Origin: a virus
Taxonomy: Duplodnaviria; Heunggongvirae; Uroviricota; Caudoviricetes
Length of the DNA: 64,000 nt
Virus record (IMG/VR): IMGVR_UViG_3300033463_000062
Location: 26,109-90,108 of that record
Direction: 5' to 3' (one strand)
Shown: piece by piece, positions 30,038 to 39,376 of the stretch
Numbering within the stretch: position 1 is the stretch's first letter
How the letters are laid out: the number at the start of each line of letters is the position of its first letter
Notes under the pieces: model-generated
What the model saw: only the letters and a program-made list of their open reading frames with translations
Database searches by the model: none
What the model was told of the DNA's origin: nothing
Made by a program: the position numbers and the translations under genes

Positions 30038-30454
30038 TTATCTTCCGCTGCTTCCAAATCCGTTCGCACCGCGTTCCGTTTCTTCAAGAGCTCCTACGAG
30101 TTCAACATCCGGCGTGATTATCGGATGTATGACAAGTTGTGTAATCTTGTCTCCCATCATAACCGTATAGTCAGTGTTCCCATTATTGTAAAGTTTTACA
30201 ACAATTGCACCCGTATATCCTGCGTCTATCGTTCCGAAACTCGTCAGATTGTGTTTTACGTTCAGTCCGCTCTTTGATTCAAGCGAACCTACGAACCCCA
30301 CGGGAATCTCCAGATGAACACCAGTGTTGATAACCGCGCTGCTATGTGCCGGTATTGTTACAGTTTCGGGAGACTTTAAGTCCATTCCCGCGTCGTTTGC
30401 ATGAGCCCTTACCGGCATATATGCTCCTGCATCAAGCATTACCTTGATTGTCAT
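30038..30454 (-). CDS. dut: dUTP diphosphatase (trimeric dUTPase family)
   Basis: motifs AGMDL, GTIDAGYTG and conserved C-terminal region of dUTPases. Confidence 0.8.
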   Translation of the reverse strand: MTIKVMLDAGAYMPVRAHANDAGMDLKSPETVTIPAHSSAVINTGVHLEIPVGFVGSLESKSGLNVKHNLTSFGTIDAGYTGAIVVKLYNNGNTDYTVMMGDKITQLVIHPIITPDVELVGALEETERGANGFGSSGR

Positions 30455-30598
30455 TCAGATTTACCCTCCCCGTAATCGCCCTGCATATATGCAAAGGCTT
30501 TAACAGCTTCTTTCATACCTTCTTTGGTTCCCGCCTCGTATCCGTCGAGATAACCTTTGGTATAACCGCGTTTGTAGGCTTCAGTAGCCTCGTCGACT

Positions 30599-30898
30599 TC
30601 AGTTTTCTTCTTTGGCATATAAGACCTCCTGCGGAATAGAGTTGTCGTAGAACATAAATATTGAGCCGCATTCGTCGCAAGTATAAGTGTATCTTGGGTT
30701 TTCAAAATACGCTCTTGCAACTGATATTGCGTGGCACTTGCCGTCGCATTTTTGTGCGTGTTCCAAGAGCTCAACTTTTGCAGCCTCGTCTTTCTTGAGC
30801 TCAAAGCGCACCTCTAAGGCACCCATTCCGAGAACGAGTCCGACTGTAATTGTAATTGCAATCAGAAGTGCAAGTAATATTCGTAGAGCCGTCTTCAT
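30599..30898 (-). CDS. small membrane protein
   Basis: ORF 30599..31015, likely start MKTALRILL; single TM helix then Cys pairs (CDGKCH, CDECG). Confidence 0.4.
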   Translation of the reverse strand: MKTALRILLALLIAITITVGLVLGMGALEVRFELKKDEAAKVELLEHAQKCDGKCHAISVARAYFENPRYTYTCDECGSIFMFYDNSIPQEVLYAKEEN

Positions 30899-30908
30899 AT
30901 ATACCTCC

Positions 30909-32090
30909 TTAAAATTTATGTTTTGTATAGATTTTAACATCTTCCGCGTATTTTGTATTTGACAAATATATATTATCAAAGTTGCGAGCCACGTCGCGGA
31001 CGGTGCAATTTCCAAATATCTCTTGGTTGGTGTAATTCAAGTGGGTTATAAACCCTGAAAATTTCACATTTGTATTTGTCGATTTCGCTTGGCTTTTGTC
31101 GTGCGCTATTCGTTTGTAAAACTCCTCATAATCAAAACGACCGTATCTGATGGTGCCTTGAAATTCGTTTGGTACATTCGTTTTGTCTTCAATTTCAGGA
31201 TTTATACCATTTTTATTACACTCTGTCTGAAAAAACCCTTCTCCGTGTCTTGTAAAATACGATCGGGTTACGTAACAGACCTCAACATTTGCGTTACAAT
31301 ATACCGTTTCATTAACAGGAAGTCGTGACGTTGTATCGCTTGCCGTAACGTATGGATAACATAACGTATTGTCGTCGCTCAGCGCAAGTCCCTGTGCGCC
31401 TTCGTAAACCACAGTGTCGTAGTTCGCGATTACTTCAAAAGGTCTTGTCTCTACGATATCTTGCATTAACATCAAGTCTTCCGAAAATCTTTCCGCTAAC
31501 GATTCTGAATACACGAGGTCTTTATATTCTGCGGGAATCTCGTATATGCCGTATTCTCGCAACCTTGCCGGTAAGTATTCGTGAGATATTACGCGAAGTT
31601 CTGTCATTATGTTGCCTTTTGACATCTTCTGGTAGTCGTTCCAACGCTGAGCATGAGTGTTAAAATATCTCATTCTCGTTTCCCATACACCGCAACCGCA
31701 CGACCCGTGCCGGTTGTCTCCGCGTGATTTCTCAACGATCTGATTTATAAACACATCATACGGCGTTGTAACCCTACACATAGGAGATATTTTGCACTTA
31801 GGAACATAGCCCATACCAACAAGACTTTGATATTCTTTTACAAAAACCGCGGGGTTTATCATAAAATCTCGGTCAAAGTAGTTGTCTGCACCAGAGAAGG
31901 TGCCGCTTCCTAAGTGGTGAAATATATGACGAACGCCGTTTTTTAGTTCAACAGTATGCCCTCTTTGACAACCGCCATTGAACAATACGTTTAAGACGTT
32001 GCCTTTGGCTTTGTCGCAGAAATATCTTGTCGCCAAGCCTTTTCCTTCGTCACCATAATTGGCACCGATTACTACTTTGACCTCAATCAT
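30909..32090 (-). CDS. adenylosuccinate synthetase (PurA) family protein; candidate PurZ-type enzyme
   Basis: 393 aa with GDEGKGL P-loop, GGCQRGHT, YEGAQGLALSDDNTLCYPYVTASDTT and YVTRSYFTRHGEGFFQTE blocks aligning to PurA [53 protein letters not shown]; the TTGRRRR aspartate/IMP loop of PurA is replaced (GTIRYGRFD). Confidence 0.8.
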   Translation of the reverse strand: MIEVKVVIGANYGDEGKGLATRYFCDKAKGNVLNVLFNGGCQRGHTVELKNGVRHIFHHLGSGTFSGADNYFDRDFMINPAVFVKEYQSLVGMGYVPKCKISPMCRVTTPYDVFINQIVEKSRGDNRHGSCGCGVWETRMRYFNTHAQRWNDYQKMSKGNIMTELRVISHEYLPARLREYGIYEIPAEYKDLVYSESLAERFSEDLMLMQDIVETRPFEVIANYDTVVYEGAQGLALSDDNTLCYPYVTASDTTSRLPVNETVYCNANVEVCYVTRSYFTRHGEGFFQTECNKNGINPEIEDKTNVPNEFQGTIRYGRFDYEEFYKRIAHDKSQAKSTNTNVKFSGFITHLNYTNQEIFGNCTVRDVARNFDNIYLSNTKYAEDVKIYTKHKF

Positions 32091-32094
32091 GTTT

Positions 32095-32961
32095 TCACCA
32101 CGATATTTCTGTATTCGAAGTTGTTTCTGTGTCTTTGTTTGAACCCGTCACTATCTGTATAATGACGTTTGCTATATCGTTCAGCCCCACAGTTTTCAAA
32201 TGTTCTGCGTCAAGATATTTGCCGAACGTCTCTTTTATGCGGGAAGCGTAGTGGCTATATGATGTCGCGTTGTCTTTTACTGCCAGATGATAAATGTTAA
32301 ATTTTTCTGTCACCGCTTTGTAAAGTTCTTCCGTTTCGACATGAGCTTGCACGTTGTCTCCAAACACCCTTCGTATCCCGTCTTTCGGCAAGTACGGGTT
32401 CAGCGTTTCGTCACCCATTGTAATTATTATGCCTTTTTCTCCGCGCTTCCAGCAATCAAGATCTGTGTGATTTAAGCCGAAATACCACGCCGCCGTATAA
32501 GACTCGTAAGCATTCCCGCCGCCGCCGAACTCGAAATATACCTTATCGAGCTGTTCAGCTATTCTTATGTCGGACTCGAACTGAGACGCTTGGACAGGAG
32601 CGCCGTCATATACCATATCGCCTATTCCCATTACAAGAAACTCGACGTCTGTAACTTTGCTATACAGCTCGGTCATTATTTCGTTCAGTTTCTTTGCAAC
32701 TTCTACGGCAGCTTTTCCCATACTCCCCGTAACGTCAAGAGCGAGAATTACAGGCTTTGTGTTCGGATGTTCTGCAGTGTCTTTGCACTCTCTCGTCACG
32801 TTAAGAGGGTTTAACGCAGGCTGAAGATATGTGGATTTGAAAATGTCCTGCGCTGTGTATAACCCGTCAAGCGTTACATGTCCGCCTTTTGTAACAGTGC
32901 TTCTGCCTACGCTTGTTGAATACTTCACGTAATCAGATGTTGTCCACGAACCGCCGCCCAT
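32095..32961 (-). CDS. von Willebrand factor A (vWA) domain protein
   Basis: MIDAS-like DVTGSMG motif followed by conserved T and D positions. Confidence 0.55.
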   Translation of the reverse strand: MGGGSWTTSDYVKYSTSVGRSTVTKGGHVTLDGLYTAQDIFKSTYLQPALNPLNVTRECKDTAEHPNTKPVILALDVTGSMGKAAVEVAKKLNEIMTELYSKVTDVEFLVMGIGDMVYDGAPVQASQFESDIRIAEQLDKVYFEFGGGGNAYESYTAAWYFGLNHTDLDCWKRGEKGIIITMGDETLNPYLPKDGIRRVFGDNVQAHVETEELYKAVTEKFNIYHLAVKDNATSYSHYASRIKETFGKYLDAEHLKTVGLNDIANVIIQIVTGSNKDTETTSNTEISW

Positions 32962-33563
32962 TACTCTGCCTCCTTATCCTTTTTGTCTGTTGTCGAGTCT
33001 TCTTCTTCGTCGTCTGTGTCAAAGTCAAACATTCCTTCGAACATATTGGATACGTTGCCGCCGCCCATAAGCATAAACGGGAGCAGCGACGACATGTTGT
33101 TCCCGTTCACAGAGTTGCCGCCCTTAACCATTTCAGACATGAGCATATAGGTCATCATTTTGTCCATGCCCTTTTTGCCTGTTAAGACGTCGTTGCCGAA
33201 CATTGATACGATTTTGCCGTAGAAGTACGTGTTGCCCATGAAAACGTGGCGCTCGGGCAATATGTCTTCGACCGTCGAGTCTTCATAGTTAATCACTTTG
33301 ATTGTGTCTTTTCCGGCAGACACAACGCATTTGGGCTTTCCACCGACGAGTATGACGTCGCCCGGTTTGACCTTACTTGTAGGTATCAAGAAGAAAAATT
33401 CTTCGCCTATATTGAAAACAAAGTCGCTGCAATTTGTCAGCCTATTTGTTTTGAGGTTATAGGTTTTATACCCGTCGTTTGTTTTGACCGCAAGACCTCC
33501 GTTCATCGAAAGTCTGCACATTCCGTTGGCAATTTTGCCAAACATTCCGTTGAGCATATTCAT
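32961..33563 (-). CDS. hypothetical protein (partner of vWA protein), Met/Gly/Asn-rich with acidic tail
   Basis: 200-aa ORF whose stop overlaps vWA start. Confidence 0.45.
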   Translation of the reverse strand: MNMLNGMFGKIANGMCRLSMNGGLAVKTNDGYKTYNLKTNRLTNCSDFVFNIGEEFFFLIPTSKVKPGDVILVGGKPKCVVSAGKDTIKVINYEDSTVEDILPERHVFMGNTYFYGKIVSMFGNDVLTGKKGMDKMMTYMLMSEMVKGGNSVNGNNMSSLLPFMLMGGGNVSNMFEGMFDFDTDDEEEDSTTDKKDKEAE

Positions 33564-33590
33564 TTGTGTGCCTCCTTATTTATTTATGTT

Positions 33591-33818
33591 TTATTGTTTG
33601 TCGTTTGTTTTTCCTGCCGCAATAACGCTTATCCCGAACGGTCTTAATTTCGGGTCGTGCGTTTGCATAAGTTCTTTCACCTCGTCATACGCTTTGCTTT
33701 TCGCTTCTTCGAGCGTTTCTGCCTCGATCTCCTCCGTGTAATAATCAAAATTTGCTCTTACAGACGCCCAATATTTCATTATGTTCCTCCTTCGCTCCAA
33801 TCTAACGCTTGACCGCAA
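33591..33818 (-). CDS. hypothetical small protein
   Basis: 75-aa ORF, probable start at internal Met MKYWASV. Confidence 0.35.
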   Translation of the reverse strand: MRSSVRLERRRNIMKYWASVRANFDYYTEEIEAETLEEAKSKAYDEVKELMQTHDPKLRPFGISVIAAGKTNDKQ

Positions 33819-34087
33819 TTATAGCAATAGTTTATATTAACTGATAATAACGAAATAATTTCATTCTCACACTTCGGACATTTATATGCGTCATAAGTAT
33901 TTATAGACTTTTTTGGTATCTGCTTTTCAAGAGCTTGTATAGCCACTCTATATGCTTCCTTGAATTGTTCTTGATGTTCTTCTTTCATAAACCTAAAACC
34001 GTCTTTAATAAAAGTTGTGCAGTTTATTAAAACCGTTTTTGCTTCTTCGTTTGTCATTCTTCCCCTCCGTCCATACGTGCGCCGCAC
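33779..34087 (-). CDS. Zn-ribbon small protein (paralog A)
   Basis: MTNEEAK...AIQALEKQIP...CPKC...CYNCGQALDW; paralogous to 34401..34691. Confidence 0.5.
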   Translation of the reverse strand: MRRTYGRRGRMTNEEAKTVLINCTTFIKDGFRFMKEEHQEQFKEAYRVAIQALEKQIPKKSINTYDAYKCPKCENEIISLLSVNINYCYNCGQALDWSEGGT

Positions 34088-34470
34088 TTACTACAATATT
34101 TCGGAAGTTTTTGCGTTTTTCGTAAAAAATTTTTATTTCGTTTGCACTCGGAACATTTATATTCTATCTCCGGGTTCTTTGTTCCGTAGCCTCCCTTTTG
34201 CCAGCCAGTTCTTATCCATTCGCCGTGCTTTACTTCTTCAAGGTCGGCGGTAGGCTGGTCGAAAATTAAGTCTAATACTTGAAATTTTCCTATCAAAGTG
34301 TCTTCGTTGTTGATACAAAAGTGGTTGCTTGCACTATCTCCGTCAAGATATAGCTCTTCGATTTGTTTGCTTAATTTATCTGCATCAATAAATCTTGACA
34401 TTATTTGTCGCCCCAATCTAATGCCTGACCGCAAGCATGACAATATCTGCTTTTGTTTCCTGCCGTCCAT
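34054..34470 (-). CDS. Zn-ribbon protein
   Basis: 138 aa with CSEC...CSKCG. Confidence 0.45.
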   Translation of the reverse strand: MDGRKQKQILSCLRSGIRLGRQIMSRFIDADKLSKQIEELYLDGDSASNHFCINNEDTLIGKFQVLDLIFDQPTADLEEVKHGEWIRTGWQKGGYGTKNPEIEYKCSECKRNKNFLRKTQKLPKYCSKCGARMDGGEE

Positions 34471-34691
34471 TTGCCGTCTACTTTTATTATTATACGCGCT
34501 CTACAACGCGGACAATCGTAATCAACAGCTAATGCAAACACTTCGTTAGTAATCGCCTTTTGGGGTATCTGCTTTTCAAGAGCTTGTATCGCCATATCGT
34601 AGGCTTCAGATATACCGCTGTAATCAATACATTCCTCAAGAAATTGCAACTTTTGATTTTCAATTTTCCGTTTTGCTTCTTCGTTTGTCAT
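34401..34691 (-). CDS. Zn-ribbon small protein (paralog B)
   Basis: MTNEEAK...AIQALEKQIP...CPRC...CHACGQALDW. Confidence 0.5.
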   Translation of the reverse strand: MTNEEAKRKIENQKLQFLEECIDYSGISEAYDMAIQALEKQIPQKAITNEVFALAVDYDCPRCRARIIIKVDGKWTAGNKSRYCHACGQALDWGDK

Positions 34692-34883
34692 TTCTTTTTC
34701 CCTTTCTTATCTGCAAATATAATATGATACGTTTTCCCGAACAAAATGACTCGAATATCTCGGTTAAATATTTTTTTACCGAACTTATCATATACGGGCG
34801 GATAATGCACAATAGAAATAATCGGCGTTATCTTTTTCGTATGACGGAAAAAAGCGATAATCTTAATTTTGCAACGGCTCATT

Positions 34884-35162
34884 TCATTCTCCCCTTTTTT
34901 CGATTTCATTTGTTAAAATCAAAAACCAATCTTTTTTTATAACATCGCCTAATAATCTGCTAATGGCGTTTCCTTTTTGATTAAATTCTTTTTTAACATT
35001 TGCGAGACCCGACAATGTAGATATATGACGGGCTTTAATCACAACGCACATTTCGTTAAGCATTTCTCTGAAAAGATAGCGTACATTTTCAACAAATTCC
35101 GCGTCTTGAATTTTTGGTTCTGAAAGTGACTTATACTTTTCTGCGTATTCTTTCGCTGTCAT
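34884..35162 (-). CDS. hypothetical protein
   Basis: 92-aa ORF in array. Confidence 0.4.
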   Translation of the reverse strand: MTAKEYAEKYKSLSEPKIQDAEFVENVRYLFREMLNEMCVVIKARHISTLSGLANVKKEFNQKGNAISRLLGDVIKKDWFLILTNEIEKRGE

Positions 35163-35413
35163 CCTTTCCCTCCGTCTGTTCCTTGCTCATTTCCAATCAC
35201 TTCTATCCAAATATAGGAAGAAGGCTCAAAACCTACATTAAAATCTATCACTGTCCAGTTTTGATATTGCATCACAAGCTCATCCATTTCGTCTCCATCG
35301 CCCTCGGTAATTTCGTGCGGCACGTAGTGACCGTTATCACGTGTGTATATTACAAGCGTTTCTGGATAATCGTTAAATTTATTAAAAAAATCAGCAAGGT
35401 TAATTTCTTTCAT
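35159..35413 (-). CDS. hypothetical acidic protein
   Basis: 84-aa ORF, start/stop overlaps. Confidence 0.4.
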   Translation of the reverse strand: MKEINLADFFNKFNDYPETLVIYTRDNGHYVPHEITEGDGDEMDELVMQYQNWTVIDFNVGFEPSSYIWIEVIGNEQGTDGGKG

Positions 35414-35691
35414 TTTGCACCTCCGTCCATTTTTGCGCTACAGTTGTTGTCGTCCCTTACGGTTAAACGGAGTTCTACGATCATTCCATCTTTACGATCC
35501 CACTCGTAACCGAATGTGTTTTGTCCTTCTGGTATCATTCCAGCAAGATAGTCTCTGACTGCGCACAAAGCTTCATCGGTGCAATCTCTTTTTTCGAGCC
35601 ATAAAGTTTCTTTTGCGTTTACTCTGCCGATATAAATTGTGTTAGTCAAAGCAGATGTTGCAATCTTAATTTTATCAACCGTGTAACTCAT
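35410..35691 (-). CDS. hypothetical protein
   Basis: 93-aa ORF. Confidence 0.4.
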   Translation of the reverse strand: MSYTVDKIKIATSALTNTIYIGRVNAKETLWLEKRDCTDEALCAVRDYLAGMIPEGQNTFGYEWDRKDGMIVELRLTVRDDNNCSAKMDGGAK

Positions 35692-36098
35692 TTGTTATTC
35701 CCCCTTATCCCGTGTCCGCAGCAATCATCAGGATTAACTATTCCCTTCCAAGCTTTAGCACACGTCGCATATCCTCCGGACTCGGCGTCGAGATACTTGC
35801 ACTCTATACAACGAACCGGGCTTGCGCCTTTATCGGAGTCGTGCCCGAGCAGCTTGTAGGTAAGTTCAATCGAGTTAAACAAGTCTTTGCGCATCTTGTC
35901 GTCCTCAAGGGCTTCTCCTACTTCGGATTTGTTCATAAGCGCAAAAGCAGTTAACCCTAAGCTATAACCTGTTTGTATCGCTTTGCATGTAGCAGCGTCA
36001 ACTTCTGAACAAAAGCCGCAAGTTGCCCAGCAAATGTCGAAATCCTCGTACCTCATCCTACAATTTTTGGGGTCTTTTTTCGGACTTTTTTTGGTCAT
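35688..36098 (-). CDS. Cys-rich hypothetical protein
   Basis: 136 aa with multiple Cys pairs (CWATCGFC, CIEC, CCGHG). Confidence 0.4.
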   Translation of the reverse strand: MTKKSPKKDPKNCRMRYEDFDICWATCGFCSEVDAATCKAIQTGYSLGLTAFALMNKSEVGEALEDDKMRKDLFNSIELTYKLLGHDSDKGASPVRCIECKYLDAESGGYATCAKAWKGIVNPDDCCGHGIRGNNK

Positions 36099-36114
36099 AA
36101 AGCCTTCCTTTTAA

Positions 36115-36297
36115 CTAATCGTCGAGATAGGTTTTGAATATTACCAACACAATGATGAAAATTACGGCAATTATCGCGCTTATCCAGATCGGTGATAACA
36201 CCCATATCCAAGACCATTTAATCACATTGCAGAGCTTTAAAACGATAAACGCTATTGCTAAAAGCCCCGCAAATCCTATTCCTGCACCTTTTTTCAT
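36115..36297 (-). CDS. small membrane protein
   Basis: 60 aa, two hydrophobic helices. Confidence 0.4.
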   Translation of the reverse strand: MKKGAGIGFAGLLAIAFIVLKLCNVIKWSWIWVLSPIWISAIIAVIFIIVLVIFKTYLDD

Positions 36298-36308
36298 ATT
36301 GTTTCTCC

Positions 36309-37103
36309 TTACTTAAAACTTTCCGCGTATGCTCTAACGCTCCGCGAATATCCGTTTTCTGTTATGCTTCTTTCTTTTGCCCACTGGGCGTATCCTCCTC
36401 CTCCGTTGTACGCCATTAACGCAAGGTCGATTGTTCCGAACCTGTCGTACTGTGCTCGTAGCAGCCAGCAGATGCCTTCGACGTTGCCTTCAAGTGTGTA
36501 AATGTCGATTCCTTTGTTCGCAAGATTTTGCGCATGATATTCTTCGTTTATGCATCCGATGCCTATGTACTTGGCTCCGCTGTGGATTTCCGTGTGGTCG
36601 GGATTTTCATTCCACGTCGTTTCAACTCCGAGCAACGCAAGGACTGTTCGGTATGGCAAGTCATATTTTTCTGCGTACTTATGAACGATATGCTGTAATC
36701 GTTCGCTTGCCGGTAGCGGTTTTCTTCTTCCGCCGTAAACGTAAGTCTCAAAGATTTGGAACTCGTCTTCCGGTGCTGCGAGACAAAGTTCTTCGGGCTC
36801 TTCTGTTTCAAACTCAATTACGATAACGTATTCGGTTACATAAATCGCTCGTCTATAGTGTTCTGCGCCGTCGTATTCTTCGTACTCGAGTTCGTCAAGC
36901 TCGTCTTCCGTTTCCGGAGGCTCTGTTTGAATTGTTGTTGTCTCTACGATGGTTGTCGTGTCAACGACGTATATCGCCTCTGCTTTTTCGTCCTTTGACG
37001 TTGTGAATGCAATTATCAGGATTGCTGCAAACAACGCCACAAAAAAACACAGAGCGTATTTCGGAAAATCTTTCATAGCAGCTTCTGTCCGCATTGTTCG
37101 CAA
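36309..37103 (-). CDS. membrane-anchored lytic transglycosylase (SLT domain)
   Basis: N-terminal TM helix; C-terminal LALLGVETTW (catalytic Glu-Thr) and AYNGGGGY motif of SLT/lysozyme-like transglycosylases. Confidence 0.6.
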   Translation of the reverse strand: MRTMRTEAAMKDFPKYALCFFVALFAAILIIAFTTSKDEKAEAIYVVDTTTIVETTTIQTEPPETEDELDELEYEEYDGAEHYRRAIYVTEYVIVIEFETEEPEELCLAAPEDEFQIFETYVYGGRRKPLPASERLQHIVHKYAEKYDLPYRTVLALLGVETTWNENPDHTEIHSGAKYIGIGCINEEYHAQNLANKGIDIYTLEGNVEGICWLLRAQYDRFGTIDLALMAYNGGGGYAQWAKERSITENGYSRSVRAYAESFK

Positions 37104-37291
37104 AACTTCGCATTGTCGCCGACCATTGCGCTACATTCGGGGCAAAACCTATGAAAGCCTCTGTGAATTGCGGATTGTCCTTCGCGCTTATCCATGTCCT
37201 CAATGGCGATTGCAAGCGCCTCTTTTGTCTGACTGTTGCTGTTTACACTCATCAAAAACAGAAGCTTGTTCTTGGCTTCTCTGTGTGTCAC
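37073..37291 (-). CDS. Zn-ribbon small protein
   Basis: CPECS...CEQCG. Confidence 0.45.
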   Translation of the reverse strand: MTHREAKNKLLFLMSVNSNSQTKEALAIAIEDMDKREGQSAIHRGFHRFCPECSAMVGDNAKFCEQCGQKLL

Positions 37292-37491
37292 GAACTCACC
37301 TCGTTTATAATCAGGTCGCCGTTCGCAATCGCTGCTTGTTTTCTGCGATATTCACACAAGCAGTTCCACGAACAGAACGGAACCCTTTTTTTGTTTACTC
37401 GTTCTTTATACACTGTGCGAGGCATTAAAACGAACTCTTTTCCACATTCGGGACACACTGCTTTATGAAAATCTGCATAATAATTAGGCAT
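37288..37491 (-). CDS. Zn-ribbon small protein
   Basis: CPECG...CSWNC. Confidence 0.45.
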   Translation of the reverse strand: MPNYYADFHKAVCPECGKEFVLMPRTVYKERVNKKRVPFCSWNCLCEYRRKQAAIANGDLIINEVSS

Positions 37492-37523
37492 TTAAACACT
37501 CCATTTCCCGAACATTTGTTCGT

Positions 37524-37727
37524 TTATTTTTTACTCGGCGATGCGAACTGAGTCGGCATCTTTGCCGTCTCTTTCTTTGTCGCTACGCCGTTTTTAACCT
37601 CGTAAAAAAAATACTTGGTTCTCGCTTGATCGCTCGTCACAAAACCCTTAAGGTTGTGCTCTTTGTCATAATAGCTCGCCCAAAGTGTTTGATTTTTCGG
37701 AACAAGCTTCTTTTCGTTATCAGTCAT
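37524..37727 (-). CDS. hypothetical protein
   Basis: ORF 37524..37835 trimmed to Met MTDNEKK. Confidence 0.35.
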   Translation of the reverse strand: MTDNEKKLVPKNQTLWASYYDKEHNLKGFVTSDQARTKYFFYEVKNGVATKKETAKMPTQFASPSKK

Positions 37728-37974
37728 AGTGAACTGCTGCTCCGGTGTTGTCAGTCGCCCACTTTGCAACTCCGCCGTAATACTTCTCGGCAATCTCGAG
37801 CTGTCTCTTTGTCGGCAGCGAACGGAGTCTCTCATTCGCTTTCTTGAGCCTCTTAACAGACTCAGCGGCGGTAGAATAGAAACTGCATCCTACGCAAGAT
37901 TTTCTCTCAAGAACTTTGCAGGCGTTGCAACCATAATCATAGTTTACGCAGCCTGTTTTTGCGGTGTTTCTCAA
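37720..37974 (-). CDS. Cys-rich hypothetical protein
   Basis: 84 aa, CVNYDYGCNAC...CVGC. Confidence 0.4.
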   Translation of the reverse strand: MRNTAKTGCVNYDYGCNACKVLERKSCVGCSFYSTAAESVKRLKKANERLRSLPTKRQLEIAEKYYGGVAKWATDNTGAAVHYD

Positions 37975-38090
37975 TATATAGTCCTCCTTTATCGAACATT
38001 TGTTCGTTTTTCTATATTATATCACGGCAAAGCCTCTTTGTCAAGACCTTGCCGTGATTTTGTGTTTATGAATTTTTACGCAGTTTTTTG

Positions 38091-38405
38091 TTAACTGATT
38101 ACGTCGTCAGCGTCGTTCAACAAATCCTCGATTTTGCTTATTAGATCGTTGCAATCGCTTGTTATTGTTGTCGCCGACGCCCAGATATCTGTAAGTAAAT
38201 CCGCTTTGTCTGCACGTTCATCATACGTAAGCGAATTCTTAAGATTGTCGGGTGTATTGTCGAGGTTGAAGTGTTCGTCAGACTCAAGCCTTCCGAGCTT
38301 TGCATCCAGTTCGTTCAGCTTCTCCTCGGTTGCTTTGAGCTTATCTCTTATCTGACGGTAGCTCAGCATTATGTCTCTTAAGGTGTCGCGTGATTTTTTG
38401 TTCAA
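38091..38405 (-). CDS. coiled-coil hypothetical protein
   Basis: 104 aa. Confidence 0.4.
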   Translation of the reverse strand: MNKKSRDTLRDIMLSYRQIRDKLKATEEKLNELDAKLGRLESDEHFNLDNTPDNLKNSLTYDERADKADLLTDIWASATTITSDCNDLISKIEDLLNDADDVIS

Positions 38406-38420
38406 ATTTCCCCTCCTGTT

Positions 38421-39074
38421 TTAGGCTCTCCCGTGAAATCCGTATTTCTCCATTAGGGTTTCATAGTTTACAAACGGACAATAGATCTCCGGTCTCGATA
38501 GCCTATTTGTTGAAAAATGTACCGATATGCCGTTCTCAGGAGTCATATGAACGGGATAGCCTATATCAATGTTGTGTACTTTTTTATAGCCGTCACATTT
38601 CAGCGAAATGTTTGTGGAAAACCACTTTTTCAAATCTTGCTTCATTTTCTCGGCTTCTTCCGGTTTCCCCCACATCCAGTTCGTCTTCATGCCTTTGTCG
38701 AGGATTTCTCTGCAAGTAAGATAATAAGCAAGCTGATTGCGGGTTAAATAGTCATATCCGACTATCTTTGTTGACACGATTTTCGTTGCTTTTCTTTTCA
38801 GCAAATAATCGTCTGCCCACTCGATGCCGCCACAGTTTCTGTCTTTTTCGTCTTCCTCTGTCAGCTCAAGCTTTGATTCTTCTTCCTTAATCATCGCCTC
38901 GACTTTGGCGACATTGCTACAATTCAAGCAATACTCTTTGTACCCGTCGGGGAACACTCCGCCGCCGCTAAGTCGTCTGGCTCTCTCGTCGGCATAGTTT
39001 ATTCTTTCGCCTTTTTCTTTAAGACTGAAGAATCCGAATATCAAGAAACAAACTATTGATAAGATTAACCACAT
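38421..39074 (-). CDS. N-terminally membrane-anchored hypothetical protein
   Basis: 217 aa with N-terminal TM helix. Confidence 0.45.
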   Translation of the reverse strand: MWLILSIVCFLIFGFFSLKEKGERINYADERARRLSGGGVFPDGYKEYCLNCSNVAKVEAMIKEEESKLELTEEDEKDRNCGGIEWADDYLLKRKATKIVSTKIVGYDYLTRNQLAYYLTCREILDKGMKTNWMWGKPEEAEKMKQDLKKWFSTNISLKCDGYKKVHNIDIGYPVHMTPENGISVHFSTNRLSRPEIYCPFVNYETLMEKYGFHGRA

Positions 39075-39124
39075 AGTTCACACCCCCTTTACTATATATA
39101 TTATACATTATATGTTGCGTTTTG

Positions 39125-39367
39125 TCAAGACTTTTCGCTCGGATTATCCTGCGTATTGTCGGGTTTGAAAATTGCCTTTTCGTTTATGTGTTTGTAAAGA
39201 ATGTTTTCCGATTCTACATAGATGTCGTAGCTTACGTCCGAGTTGTCTTCAAATGTCCCGAAACGGTCAATGATTTCGATTGTTCCTTCAATCGTTCGAG
39301 GATTTCCGTCCCAGTTGACATTGAAACAAACCTTTTCTCCGTAATCATATTTGGGTTTTCCGATCAT
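39125..39367 (-). CDS. hypothetical protein
   Basis: 80 aa. Confidence 0.4.
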   Translation of the reverse strand: MIGKPKYDYGEKVCFNVNWDGNPRTIEGTIEIIDRFGTFEDNSDVSYDIYVESENILYKHINEKAIFKPDNTQDNPSEKS

Positions 39368-39376
39368 ATTGTCCTC

